The notes: a model not told the origin generated them from the sequence alone. 64,000 nt of DNA from Marsupella aquatica (GCA_973895155.1 OZ316893.1:18383836-18447835), one strand, 5' to 3'; positions 1 to 12,325 are shown, counted from the stretch's first letter. Numbers and translations: made by a program.

Positions 1-2992
1 TAGAGCTATCACATAGTTGACAAACCCTCTTTTTCCTGTCAATATCCTTCCATCTCCCTTGTTCTACTTCAAGGTGGTGTGAGCTTAGTCTATACTGAGC
101 AATAAGTTGTCTAAGTTGTACTGAGATAGTGCTAGATAAGTATTCTTGTTCTCGATATTTCTTCATGGGGTTCACATCTCTCATGTAGTATTGCTGCCGT
201 GGGCTAGGTTCATGCCAAAGTTTGTGCAAAGCCTTTTGCTCAAGTTTTGCTCTTAGCTTGGTTGGGTGTGTTGGCCATTCATGTTCAGGAAAATCCCAAG
301 CATGGGCCCACCTGCACACATCTGCATACCACCCTTTAGCTGAAGATGAGCGCAAGGCATGAAAAGGAAATCTGTTTTCCTCCAACTCTCTTACACGCAT
401 GATGTATTTGAGTGTGTGGAAGAGTGCCTCCACCTCCAAAGGAAACAAGCCTGCCTCTGCAAGTGTAAGTGCATATGGGGTTTGTGACTTGATCCCAAGC
501 TCCATCTCAAGAAATAGCTTTTGCAGCCCCTCAATCTGTTGCCACCCAGATTTAGACACACCTGCTCCCCAAATTGGTGCTCCATAAAGAATGACTGGTT
601 TCACCAAAGCTCCAAAGAGATGTTTCCTTAACCTCCAAGTGTGTAGACCAGCTCTTTTGCATTTGTTCATGAATGCATAAAAAGCTCTGTACCCATTGGC
701 AGCCCTAGATTTTACACATGAGGCCCAACTCAAGTTTTGAGAGAACTCCACCCCAAGGTATTTGTAGGTCCTCACAAATTCCACCAGATTCCCTTGGAAG
801 TAGAGCTCTGGATTTTGTCGTGTGCCAATGCCCAAACACTTGGTCTTCTTGAGGTTGACTACCATCCCTGTTGCTTGACAAAACTCCTCCAAGGCATTGA
901 GATGTCTTTGCAAAGCTTCTTGAGCATGAGCAAGTAGGACCACATCATCTGCAAATATAAGAAGTTGGAGGACAAACCTACCCAATTGAGTGCCAACTCC
1001 ACCATGCTCCTCCAAAATGTTGTGTAGCTGATCAATGAAGATGCCAAAGAGAGTTGGTGAGAGAGGACAACCTTGGATCACCCCAAGAGTGCTCCAGATT
1101 TCTTCAGAGGTTTCCTTTGAAAGTTTGATGCGCACTTCTTGGTACAATTTAGAAACAGCCAACCTGAGCTCTTCAGGCACTTCCAACTCCACCATCCTAT
1201 CCCAAAGCTTGGATCGGGAAACTTTGTCAAAGGCCTTGGAGAAGTCCACAAACAAGCAAAATAATGGTTTATGTGGAGATTTGGCCTTTTCACACAACAC
1301 CCTCAAGCAGAGAATGTGATCCATAGTGCTGAATTCTCTCCTAAAACCTGCTTGTGAAGGTGCCCTTTTCATCTCACTCTCCAACCAAGAGCTTAATCTG
1401 GCTTCAAGTAGTCCTCCCAAAACTTTAGCAAAAGTATTGCCTACCATGATGGTTCTGTAGTTGTGCACATCGTCCTTGTTGCCTGCCTTGAAGATAGGCA
1501 CCACTCTTCTGGTCATCCAAGCTTTAGGTAAACCTAAAGCCATTGCTTGATTCAGCTCATGCACCAAGTTTGTTAGTAAAGAGGGTCCTCCCCACAAAAG
1601 AAGCTCCAAGTTCAGGCCCAACAGATCTTTAGCTTTCCCATGTTGCATGTGGGAAAGATGCACCTTCACCTCCCTCTCTGTAAACTGAATGGTGTCCCCA
1701 AGGGGCAAAGGCATGCCACTAGCATCTGGAAAGAAATGCAAGGATGTGACATAGGTTACCAGGTCCTGGTGATCCAAGGGGGGAGTAGTCTTGCCTGATT
1801 GCATTCTCTCCCAAAAACGTTTTGGATGTTTGATGAACTCCTCACATAGTGATTGTTGATGACTCTTCAAGAAGCACCTCTTCTTGTGTTTGATGAAGTT
1901 CTTGTACATAGTGAATGCCAAAAGTCTCTTTTCCCCTGAATGTGATCTTGCTTGCATCCTTGCTCTAGCACAATCCTCGTCAAACCAAGCCTTCATGTTT
2001 TGCTTTCTAGGGGGTTTGGTGGAGAAAGTAGAGGCTGCTGCTTGTGCTATGACTTCTGAGAGCTCAATCTGATCATCCAGGGTATGGAGAAGATGTTCAA
2101 AGTTGGCTTTGAAGATGACTTCTCTATCAGGGTCTAGAAACAGAGGTTTGGGTACTGGCTTTCTATGCACTTTGTTTGGGATTGTGGTCAGGTCAAGATG
2201 GAACAACAAAGGCAAGTGTGAAGACTCTGGTTGTTGATCAAGTATTTGAAAGTCAACCACTCTAGTGGCAGAGGTAGGTGAGGCAAGAAGGTAATCAATG
2301 GTACTACATCCTTGTTTAGATCTAAAAGTGTAACCAGATGATTGGGGAAATCTCTCAAGCCCATTCAATATTCTTAGATTACAAGAAGCTCCCAAATGCA
2401 AAAAGTGACGTGTCATGTCATTTGTTCTGGTGTCAAGAGCCTCTCTCACCCAAGGTATCTCTTCACTACATGATGACCAAGGTAAAGTTCCTAAGTCCTC
2501 ACTTTCAGTAAATTGTTCATTAGATACCCTGGCATTAAAGTCCCCCACTATCCATGTCTCCCCTAGTGGTGATATATCATGAATGACTTGGATTAACCTA
2601 TGAAATGGATAATGTGCATCAGCAATTCCCATCTTATAGACATTCATATTAAGGGGAGCAAAGTAGGTGACAATCAGAAATGATGGAGTACCTCTGGTAT
2701 GAAGTCTCACCACCATGAACTGTTTGCTGGGATCTTCATGTTCAATAGAGGTGATGTGTTGAAGTTGATTCTTGGTGTAGACAGCAATGCCTCCAAACCC
2801 TCTTCCCCGTGTGGTCTTCTTCTCATTGAAGATGGATTGTATGCAAGTAAAGCCTTTAATGCTAGGTAGAGCATTTCCCTCATATTCCCAAGTCTCCGTG
2901 AAAAGCAAGATGTCAAAATTCTCAAACAAAGGTTCCCCTCCAATTGCTGTTTCTATGGAAAGTCCTGAAACATTCCATGCCATGACTCTCAA
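1..2992 (-). CDS. LINE ORF2 (APE endonuclease + reverse transcriptase + C-terminal CCHC region), apparently open to the window edge
   Basis: Same sequence as 13940-17143 but has CAA (2513-2515) where copy 2 has TAA. Motifs LRVMAWNVSGL, GDFNAR, QAGFR, FVDFSKAFD, QGCPLSP, FADD, YLG. The ORF track lists no terminated ORF in this frame, consistent with no stop. Confidence 0.8.
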   Translation of the reverse strand, partial: MRVMAWNVSGLSIETAIGGEPLFENFDILLFTETWEYEGNALPSIKGFTCIQSIFNEKKTTRGRGFGGIAVYTKNQLQHITSIEHEDPSKQFMVVRLHTRGTPSFLIVTYFAPLNMNVYKMGIADAHYPFHRLIQVIHDISPLGETWIVGDFNARVSNEQFTESEDLGTLPWSSCSEEIPWVREALDTRTNDMTRHFLHLGASCNLRILNGLERFPQSSGYTFRSKQGCSTIDYLLASPTSATRVVDFQILDQQPESSHLPLLFHLDLTTIPNKVHRKPVPKPLFLDPDREVIFKANFEHLLHTLDDQIELSEVIAQAAASTFSTKPPRKQNMKAWFDEDCARARMQARSHSGEKRLLAFTMYKNFIKHKKRCFLKSHQQSLCEEFIKHPKRFWERMQSGKTTPPLDHQDLVTYVTSLHFFPDASGMPLPLGDTIQFTEREVKVHLSHMQHGKAKDLLGLNLELLLWGGPSLLTNLVHELNQAMALGLPKAWMTRRVVPIFKAGNKDDVHNYRTIMVGNTFAKVLGGLLEARLSSWLESEMKRAPSQAGFRREFSTMDHILCLRVLCEKAKSPHKPLFCLFVDFSKAFDKVSRSKLWDRMVELEVPEELRLAVSKLYQEVRIKLSKETSEEIWSTLGVIQGCPLSPTLFGIFIDQLHNILEEHGGVGTQLGRFVLQLLIFADDVVLLAHAQEALQRHLNALEEFCQATGMVVNLKKTKCLGIGTRQNPELYFQGNLVEFVRTYKYLGVEFSQNLSWASCVKSRAANGYRAFYAFMNKCKRAGLHTWRLRKHLFGALVKPVILYGAPIWGAGVSKSGWQQIEGLQKLFLEMELGIKSQTPYALTLAEAGLFPLEVEALFHTLKYIMRVRELEENRFPFHALRSSSAKGWYADVCRWAHAWDFPEHEWPTHPTKLRAKLEQKALHKLWHEPSPRQQYYMRDVNPMKKYREQEYLSSTISVQLRQLIAQYRLSSHHLEVEQGRWKDIDRKKRVCQLCDSS

Positions 2993-3004
2993 GGTCCCGA
3001 TCCA

Positions 3005-3431
3005 TCATTTAGAAACAACTCTCTTCTTATTGGTAACAACAGCTTGTCCATTGCGCAAGTAGGCTACCAATCCTTGGTCTTTGGCTACCCTCACCTTCTC
3101 AAGCTCAATTTTCCTTGCTTGGACTTGTGTGGGAGTCAGATCATCATCCAACCAAATCCTTAGCCCTTTAAGCATGCTCCTGTTAGCCATCACTCTAGCT
3201 TTCTCGGATTCAGCTGCAAACTTCACCAAGATTGGACGTGGAAGGTCCCCCTTCTTTTGCCCAATCCTATATGCTTGCAAAATGATAGGGTCATGCACTT
3301 TCATCTGAGATTGGAAGAATGAAATTGCTACCTTCTTGGTGTCTTCCTTCTCCTCCTCAACAAGGCCTGATATTTTGCAGTTGCTGACTCTTGCATGCTG
3401 GTTCTTGTGTTCTTCTTCTAGTGCTCTCCTC
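3005..3431 (-). CDS. LINE ORF1 C-terminal part (coiled coil + RRM-like region)
   Basis: ARVSNCKISGLVE...AYRIG...PRPILVKF...IWLDDDLT is a typical LINE ORF1 pattern. The N-terminus of the tracked ORF is chimeric with host sequence. Confidence 0.8.
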
Positions 3432-6400
3432 AAGTCCTTCTTGATACAGAGACCTGTAGTCACATGTCTCGGCTCGCAGTTCATATAAGTGAGCATAACC
3501 ATCCGAGTAGGAAAGTTTTCTTGAGGAGCGCTGAGAAGATAGCTGAGGATTTGATAAGAATAAATCATGAAGCCAATCCTCTAGCAAAGCCGGCTGGTAT
3601 TTTGAATTCCACAACCGGTTCGCTCGTGAAATTAAGCTCTTTGCAAAAACGTCGACGACATAGTAGATATTGAAGAAACGGAGATTAGGAAGTCTCTCAT
3701 GGTACTGTCTACACCCCAAAAATTTGCATCGCTTTGTTGAAGCGTTCAAATGGACCAGGCTGGTCGTGGTGAGTTAGATTTCCTAGCTCGGATGCAAAGG
3801 TCAAATAACATTTCTTTCCTCCAAAGGTACCTCCTGTTGGGTCAGGGTTGTGTAGCAGATAGGCCCCATATATTCAAAATGACAGTCAAGGGTCATGGAT
3901 CTGGTGTAGATCTTCTCCAGCAGATGCAACCCGGCGGAAGATTGGAAGGAGCTTGGGTGAGTTTTGATGTGATGAAGCGAGTGACAACCGACTGGTTTAC
4001 TTTTAGTGCACACGTTTACGATCATAACTTCCAAGCTCTTTGTACAATCTTCACATGCGAACTAAAAGCTGAAGACACGGAGTCCTTTGAGAAAGTGTGG
4101 AGAATTATGATTGAGGTTTGTAAGGAAAATGGGTTACAGGACGTTGTCATTCAAGGTTTTATGGCTGACAATGCTCAAGCTGGATGGATCACCGTTTGCA
4201 ATGTCTTTTTTGGAGGGCACCCAAACCCTAAACATGAACGCTCTGATGCATTTCACTTTTACCAATCTTTCCATCGATATTCTATAGAAGGAGTTTTGGA
4301 GGGTAAGCAACCAGAACATCGGCAACTATGGGAGAAACTGCGGAATGCTCCAACGTTCGTTGCGGCGTATCGAGTTTTGAGGGAGATCGTGTTGTGGTGG
4401 CAAGCGGGAAACTGTGTCCCAGGAAAGCTGATGATGTTGCAGAGTTGGATATCTTGGTTGATTTTTTGATGGCGTCAATGGGGGAATTTCATTCGTGTGG
4501 TAAGTTTTCCTGATGCGTTTATTAGTCAAACCTCACTGTGTTTATACTAGCGCCAGGCGCTGCTTTAATTTTCACTCAGAAAACCTTCAAACATTACAGA
4601 AAACGAAACTTGTACCGATCAACCTTCTTTTATTATCTCCTACTCATTGCTAGCGCTTGGCGCTACTTATACAAAAGAACTAACTTTGTCTGGACGGGTT
4701 TTATTGCTGAGGAAAAGCGCAGAAGAAGGTGCGCTCATTCCAAACTGTACCGGGTCAGAGTCAAGGCACGCCTCCATGAAAGCATGGGCTACAAAAAAAA
4801 TGGTGGGTCTCTTTGAAGCATGCAAAGTTGATCAAAATCGAGCTCTATCACAAGTTGCGGGTTACAGCGCATATCGGAAGGGACTCAATAGAGGGAAAGG
4901 GCCAACTATCTGGGAATTAGCATTCCAATCCGGAGACCAATCTGGTTCACCCAAGTTATTTGAAGAAGCCACCAACATGATTCTTTCCAACGCTGTTGAT
5001 TTGGATCTGGAGAGGAGCTCTCCTCTAAATGGAGATATTGTCACAAAGTCGGTTAAGAGGAAGGGACTCGCAACTAGGATTGTCTCGCCACAAGACTCCC
5101 ATCGGCATGACACCATTCTCATCACTACACCAAATACTCGAGGGTTCAAACGGAAGAATCTCAACAACACTGCCTTCACTTCCTTTCCTGCAAATGTAAC
5201 AGATCCCATAGTCAACCTTGGCGGGAGCGACACTTCAACGAATGGAAGTGATTTCCTTGCAAACACCCCTGAAGCCAGAGGAACAGCAACATCATCGCAA
5301 CCCCCACTCAGTGCTCCGGCTATTCTTCTACGTTTGCCGATAGAGTCAACTCCTTTGGAAATGGACGTTCCTAGAGGGACCTGGCATTTGCGGCGGACGG
5401 CCAAATATGGGGCAGGGCCTCAGTGCAATGGGACTTTGCATGGAAATTCTGAGAGGGATGAGTGTCAAAATTGTGTCAAAAAAGTCGGGTTCCATTCGGC
5501 AACAGGTGTTGTCGGCATTGTTGTCAGCGGACATTGCATTTTCAGAGGCACACCCATTGCAGAAATGATATGGTTCTGCACAAACAAAACATGCTACAAG
5601 AGCCGCCCGCGTCGTGGTGTTGAACGCCTTCCTCCTGTGCCGGATATCTTGCCAGTTGTGAAAGGGACCAACATGTCACCTGCCGAGGTAGAGTTCCTTG
5701 AAGCATAGGGAGTCTCGATGGTCCAAACAGCTGCAACGTCTCGAGATGCACCTGTTCCATTCAACTTGAGAATTGATGTAAACGCATTCCCTGAAAGAAT
5801 CAATTTTGCCAACCCCAACGTACGCCTTCGGACCAGGAATGGGAGAAACTCCAGACCTCAATCAAATCTCACTTTGGCTCACAGTAGACGAATGGAGTCA
5901 GCTTGGAAAGAAGCTATGACTTTGGATGGCATGGTAATGGTAATGGTAATGTATTATAAGCTCCGGGACCATGAAAGTCAAAGGAGCTGCCACAAAAAGT
6001 AAAGTACAATGCAATCAAAGAAAAGAGCAACCAAAAGAGATTGCTCAGAAGAGGACAACTATGTCCTCAAAGAAACTATGGACCTAGAGAGCCCTGAAAG
6101 ATTTTCCAAACCTATTCTCCTTTCCCTATCCACCGCAAAGATATATCTTCCAAGTTGCTGAGGGGGCAGACCAAACAATGCAGACTTTGGATGGCATGGT
6201 AATGGTAATGGCGAGTGGGATGTGAGTATTGGAATTGCATTTGGGAAGCAATTCAAAATCCGGACCCACGAGAACCTTCGATCTCCAAACACTTACTTTG
6301 TCCAAATTTGCGTCTTCCCAACCTGTTCCTGTGAGGATTCCTTCCGTTGTCATTCTCGCGACAAGCCATATATGCCTTGTAAACATTTGTATTGGGTGTT

Positions 6401-6512
6401 TATAAATGTCTTCAAGTTTCATGTAGAGGAGTCTACCCTACGTAGCCAGCCCATTTTCACAATTGCGGAAGTCAGACTCGTGCTGGATAGACAGAACACG
6501 GATGGTTTGTAG
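3428..6512 (+). pseudogene. Family A transposase pseudogene (end of GCM-like domain, DDE core, Cys-rich domain, SWIM finger); intron about 4500-4710
   Basis: HMSRLAVHISEHNHP, WVSFDVMKR, FMADNAQAGW, DAFHFYQ, SESRHAS, and SWIM CSCEDS...PCKHLYW. In-frame stops and a LINE fragment disrupt it. Confidence 0.82.
5931..6182 (-). mobile_element. Short 3'-terminal LINE fragment (about 250 bp) with (CATTAC)n tail
   Basis: Matches 13812-14063. Flanked by direct repeat GACTTTGGATGGC (5918-5930 / 6183-6195), extendable through the tail repeats. Confidence 0.92.
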
Positions 6513-7439
6513 AATAACACGACATTCTAGAGACTGTCATTTTTTGTAACGGATACTATGGTTTTTGTCTGTAGTCAACGGATATTACTCTGGTTTTGTC
6601 TTGCTTTTGGTTAGCGCCTGGCGCTGGTTCTAGAACATTAATATTGTTAAATTTTAAATTTTATCTGGTTATTGTCATGTTGTTGTCCCTATTAAAGCTT
6701 TGTTAGCGCCTGGCGCTAGTTGAAAACACTCTATCCGGCTCCAATATTGCAAATGCCAGAACCCTTCTTCGCCGATTGGTTGTTTAAGCCTATAACTGGA
6801 TTTAGGGTGGGTCCCACCATAAATTACTCCATCCCTGCATGGATTTAATTTTTCCTTCTTGTAGGCCGAACTGCGTTTTCTGAATTGGACTGTTTTGAAA
6901 TGATGTTGTATCTAAATAGCAGGGATATTCAATGACGACATTATTCATGTAGAACAGATGGACACTCGATTTGGAACCTCTCTTTGCAGTTGTGACCACA
7001 CCCTTGGCTTATATCTGTCCGCGTCACATTTGGCACTAAGAAGACATTCAACTTGATGATGTGGTGGAAAATGACGTTAATTTTTGGCAAACTTAGCCAA
7101 AAAGTACACTTGTACCATAAGACTTTCCTGTTACCAGTTAAGAGTTACCTGATAACAGGAATTCTGTTACCTGTTTCCTGTCACCGCTGTTATACCCATC
7201 TACGAATGAGCGGACTAGCGCTCGACGCTAGTATGGTCACCTTCACAATGGACACTATTTGCGTAGTTTGCAAAATGTGTTGATGAGTTCAATCGGATCT
7301 TGCGTATGGCTACAGCTTAATTGATCTATCTCTTACAGATTATTCGATAGATGTCTTAGCCATTTTTGTCATCGCTTGTCTGTAGATCTGACAAGTGACG
7401 CTAGTTTACCGTCCGGTCGTATCAAGCAAGAGGCGTTAG

Positions 7440-9005
7440 ATGCGCGTTGCTTTTTGAATATCGCCTCCCTATAATTTATTCGCAGTCTTTGCTTGTTGCT
7501 TCGCAATGTCTACTTCCAAAACTTCTCATCGTTTTCCTTACATGGCTTTGGCTATTTCATTCTTCTCATTTAGTTTACTCCTCCTTGATCATCTCAAGTT
7601 CTTTTCCCAGTTTCTAGTCTTCGTTTCCACCCGGGTTTAGCTGTCTTCCTCTCCACGGATTCACGCCCCTTTTAATTCTTTGTCAGCATTCCTCTTACTT
7701 CCATCACCCTTTGTTCTTATGCCTTGACTAATCCTTTCCACGCAGCACCAAGTTTGCCTTTCAAAAACCCTCCTTTTCAACCTTCAGCTTCCCAATTTAT
7801 CTTTCTCGGGATCTTTCTCTTCCAAAAGAAACACTTGTTCTTACCTACTAAGCACATCAAAGAAAACTTTTTTTGCCATAGCCCTTATGCTCACTGGTTT
7901 CACAGAAATAAGTTCACCACAACCACCATGTTCCCACAGTTTTATTAACTTAAATCGGTCCTCAGCATCACCTTCGCCTCAACTTTTCCCTACCTTGTCC
8001 TCATCCACCATCGACTGAATTTTCACTCATTCAACCTCAAATTGCGCGACCTCTCCCCATACTCCTTGTTCTCTCAAAAATCTTACTTTCTTGAAGTTTA
8101 AATTCTCCATTCTCAATGTTCATTGGTCACCATCCCAGATCCCTGCCTCTTTGCTGCGCTCACTAATTTTCCCTGCCTTCACCATAGCTCCTCCTTGATT
8201 ACTATAGAAAAATCCTCCACAGCTCCTCTCTGATCATTTGAGAAAAACCTTCCTTCAGCTTCCACGTTCTGCCGCTCACGCCCTTGTCTCCTTCTCTTCC
8301 CAAAATTCCTTTCCAGTTCTCTGATTTTTGACTTAACCCGCCAGAGCGCCACTGCTGTTTACAATCAATTCCCCGTCTTCGGTTGAATCACTCCCCTTTT
8401 CTTATGAGCTCTCAAGCGCGCTCTCCACTTCTCTTTGTCTTCTCCTTGCCTCTGCCTCAAGTTTGAGAAAATGTTCAGCTTTAGTCCAGATTCCTGCATC
8501 TCATGAAAAATCTTAACTACTACCATAATGTTCTCTTGTTTGCCATGATTGAAACTAGCATCTGCGCCCATATCCTTGCACAATGGTCACTACGTTCGGC
8601 TTCCTTCTCGCTAAATGCTTCCCAGGGCTTACTGCTCTGCTCTGGCAACTCCTTCCCTCAATTCTCATATCGCCTGAAGCCTGCCAGTGCGCCACTCCCA
8701 TTGACTTCTCTTCCCTCGAAGATCACTCTAATGTCCCTCTCCTAACAAACAACTGTCTGTCCTTATGAATTAATTTGAATCCTCCAAGCTACCACATGTC
8801 GCAACCTCAATAATTGTCTTAAATTCTTTAAACCTAAGCTTCAATTTTCACTCTTTATTCCTCTTTTGTCATACTAACCTTCCACTTAAACTCAGTTTTG
8901 TTTCTTCCCTTTCACAACCAGAGATACATCCCAAGCTGAACTAAAAGTAGGTCGTCATGTTCCGGCACACTCCACTTCAATCGTCAAATATTTTCCCCGA
9001 TGACA
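7440..9005. repeat. Family B pyrimidine-skewed dispersed repeat (possible LTR remnant), copy B1; left boundary uncertain
   Basis: Ends TCGTCAAATATTTTCCCCGATGAC, as at 52461-52484. 8780-8870 matches the reverse complement of about 63725-63815. Truncates the A3 transposase frame at 9005. Confidence 0.55.
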
Positions 9006-10968
9006 ACGGTGGTATTTCTCCAGTTTGGGTCCTGTGTTGCATCTCCACAACTTTGTTCTTCACCATCATCTGATATATTAATAACTTCACGAGGGAGGGG
9101 AGGTCTAAGGCAATTGGGATTGTCTTCATTGTCAAGAAAGTCAGAAGGTCCACCAATATCAGAAGCACCGCTAAAGTTACTAAATTTGGTGTAAAGATTT
9201 CTTCTTTTCAGACTAGACAGCGACGCCACTGTGCGCAATATCTTATCATGTTGATGAGAATCATTTTCATGAATAGAAGCAGAAGCACTACCCTTCCTTT
9301 TTCCTGACGTTGCTCTAAGATCTCCATGTAAAGGCACTGTTCTATAGAACTCATATTTTCCAGAGGATTCAAATAGTAGATTGGATGCCTTCTCATAGGC
9401 ATCCAACGACCCCATTGTATCTGCATTTCTATAGGCCAGCTCAAATATTGTAGGACCATTGCCACGATGACACCCTTCCAAGTATGCAGTGAACGCTACA
9501 ATCTGTCTAGCTGCTCGATTCTGGTCAACTTCACAGGCTTCCATCAAACCAATTTTCTTCTTCGGCTGGCAGGAACGCATTGATGCATGAGAAGATTCAG
9601 CTCCCGCACAGTTTGGCATCAAAGCAAACTCCTTTGCAGTTTGCGTCTGGAAAATAAACAGAGTTAACACTTGTATTCACTAGCGATGTCTAGCTTGAGG
9701 CATACTCATGTTTGAGTCAGTGACAGAAAAACCTTTACGAAAAGAAGTCGAGAAAGAAGTATTATGGCTAGCGATCTTGCTAGCTTTAATGCATCATAGA
9801 TAATGGCCCGGTACTTACCACCCGAATAAAGTTACCCCATTGTCTCCATCGCACAACCCACCATGAAATCCACCCTTGGAGTGATTTAAGCTTGGAAGGG
9901 TGATCATTCCCTTCTTTCCACCATTTCTAATGTCGTCGGCTATACAATATGCTTCAACGTATGTTGGAGCAATTCTTAACTTCTCCCACATCTTATAGTG
10001 CTCCGCATGACATCCCTCCTTGATTCCCTCCAAAGCGTGTCTTCTGAGGGATTGAGAGAAATGGAAAGCATCACTATGCTCTTTCATTGGATTTCTGACA
10101 CCCCCAAAAACTACCCTTTGGACAGCAATCCAGCCAGCCTCCGCATTGTCTGCTATGAATCCTCCAATAATGGGATTATTCACTTCATTCTCGGATGCAA
10201 CATCTACTGGCATTAACCTCCACGCAGTCTCAAGCGACTCAGTGTCTTTGGCTCTCAACTCACAAGTGAAAATTGTACACATAGCCCGGTAATTATGGTC
10301 ATACACGTGTGCGCTGAAGGTCAACCATCCAGTAGTGATACAATGCATCACGTCAAAACTCACCCAAGAACCTTCCAAAACTCCTCCAGACTCCATGCTC
10401 CTCAAAATTTCCACGCTAGATCCAGGATCATTTGTACTCATTTTGAATACATGCACTCAATCATTTTTGTTTCCTTGACCAGGAAACAAGTACCTTTGCA
10501 CGACAGGGAAATTATTATGTGATTGCATTTCACGAAGTGAGTCAAGTTCTCCTTTTTGGGGATTATCCATCTTCACGCTGCGAAGCATAACTTGGAACTT
10601 TGGAGTGGTTGAAACCACTCTGATCAAACTCCAAATTTCTTTCTGTTCTTCTCTTGACAACTGAGCCGATGATTCTAGATGCAATAGGGAGACTAGGTTC
10701 CCAATTGATTGGTTTCTTAGACGTGCAGGAGTTGAGACCGGATTCAACCTATGGACCCCTAAAACAACATCTTCCACTGTTTTTCTTGCAGAATGAGATT
10801 TTCCCTTCCAAATGGGGTGGTCATGGAATCCCATATGCACAGCCAATCTGGACATATGCATTGAAATGTGACTCTCCAAACCTGGCTTAGGGTATACATA
10901 CAATAGTTTTGCCAGACAATCTTGAATACGGAGAGGCCTCTCTTCACAGAAGCCACAGACGAGTCCGC
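9006..10968 (-). pseudogene. A3 transposase pseudogene, central part (GCM-like C-half, DDE core; intron about 9836-9650)
   Basis: HMSRLAVHMGFHDHP, WVSFDVMH, FIADNAEAGW, DAFHFSQ, AESSHASM; stop at 10457 and frameshifts. Confidence 0.82.
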
Positions 10969-12325
10969 TGTCCTGGGAATAGTGAACTCTCAAGAATACG
11001 TTGGGTGTCTGGCTGCATGTGCTAATTATGTTACTTATCACTTGTAAAAGACCTCATGCTTAGAACCAATTCCCTTGAGAGCCTTGTCCCCTCCCGGCCA
11101 TTTCTCAAGTTCCTTGGGTTCCCCTGTGTCTCTTGCGGTTTTCTCCAGATAAGCTGGGTGGGAAGGGCGTACCCTTTTCCGCAAGGACTCCTAAGCACTT
11201 TTGGTACCAAGAGACATGTGTGATCTACTCCTGATATTGGCAATAACACCAGAGTAGTCGGGGCCAGGCCCACACTCCACAAATCTCCTCCAAGTGATAA
11301 TCTTCTCTACGTGCTTCTATCAACTCTCGACTATGATCTCTCTTCTATTACACTATTATGAACACACTCACATCCCCATCTGTGCATCTATACAATATTA
11401 ATGGATCCGACGATGCGATAATCGCAGTGTATCTTTCTTCCCCAAACTTCTATGTCAGAACCTGCCTAATATCTACCTTCCTCTTTACTATCAACTTAAT
11501 GCTCACCGTAGAACGTAAATTCAAAATCTGCGGACTCTCATTCAAATCAATATTGACATTCATACTTCCTATATGCTTTCTAACTAAGAGAGGTTCAGCG
11601 GCAGAGCCGTCCCTACTTGATCATAGGTTCGTGGACATTATATCTATGGTATTGGCGGCATAGCCGACCTTGCTAGATTCAAAGTTCCATCTTCAAGGTA
11701 CTCGAGTGGTGGCAATGCCTTCCATGACCAAGAATCAAGAAACTTAGAATCCTTCCACCATAGAAACCGGCGGCATAGCCATTCCGTTAGTCCTAGAACC
11801 AATGTTCAAGCATTTCTCCAATGCAAATGCACACAATATGCGTTCTATGCACTCTCTATCCTCACACTCATACACTTGAAATGCTGGAAAATGGACTCCC
11901 CTGGGAGGGCGAACCTCCCTATTATTTATAGTTGGAGCCAGGCCACGCTGGTCCCTTTACAAGAGTATCCTAGAAGATACTAGAATTAACTAGAACTTCC
12001 TAGAACTTACTTTTTACCACGATAAATTCTAGAACTCACTTTTTACCATGGTAAATTCTAGAACTTACCGGAATTTACCTTTTTACTATGGTAAATACAA
12101 GAAATTACTATTTACTAAAGTAGAATCTAGAAGTTATTGGAGTTTACCTTTTTACTATGGTAAATTCTAGAAGTTACTATTTACTATGGTAGATCTTGAA
12201 AATTACCAAGACTTATAATTTTACTTGGTAAAACCCAAAATCTCCTTTTTACCACAAAAACCTCTACTTTTATATTTTCACACAAAACCAAGCTATTCTC
12301 CATATAATCTAATTCCCTTACGACA
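10969..12325 (-). repeat. Gypsy 3' LTR
   Basis: Direct repeat of 43022-44389, with TGTCC...CGACA ends. TTCTAGAA-rich subrepeats at 11975-12200 and a TATA-like CTATAAAA on the minus strand near 11930. Confidence 0.95.

Larger units (their letters stand above)
1..3431 (-). mobile_element. Non-LTR retrotransposon (LINE, RTE-X-like), copy 1; 5'-truncated in ORF1, 3' end beyond window start
   Basis: Near-identical to 14152-17583. Identity stops at 3431, where CCTC (3428-3431) is shared with the host family-A reading frame PQVLLDTETCSHMSRL. Confidence 0.93.
3428..7197 (+). mobile_element. Family A Mutator-like element, copy A1 (3' part; 5' part displaced left of window by LINE)
   Basis: Protein homology with A2 throughout. 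The terminus ...GCTGTTATACCC (7197) is the reverse complement of GGGTATA, matching the TSD-defined A2 end at 25141. Confidence 0.8.

Noticed and set aside
3432-3568. Novel N- or C-termini of tracked ORFs 3005-3568, 12336-13895, 24535-25449, 38985-40649, 44248-44835 and 10457-11041
   Set aside because: All are chimeric read-throughs across insertion junctions.
8365-8583. Possible PPR gene fragment (KIFHEMQESGLKLN)
   Set aside because: A single short resemblance with no 35-aa periodicity, inside repeat B.
11358-11663. 101-aa ORF repeated at 43412-43717 as a conserved gene
   Set aside because: It is repeated only because it lies in both LTRs and has no recognisable motif. The opposite-strand 71-aa ORF has a stop in one LTR.
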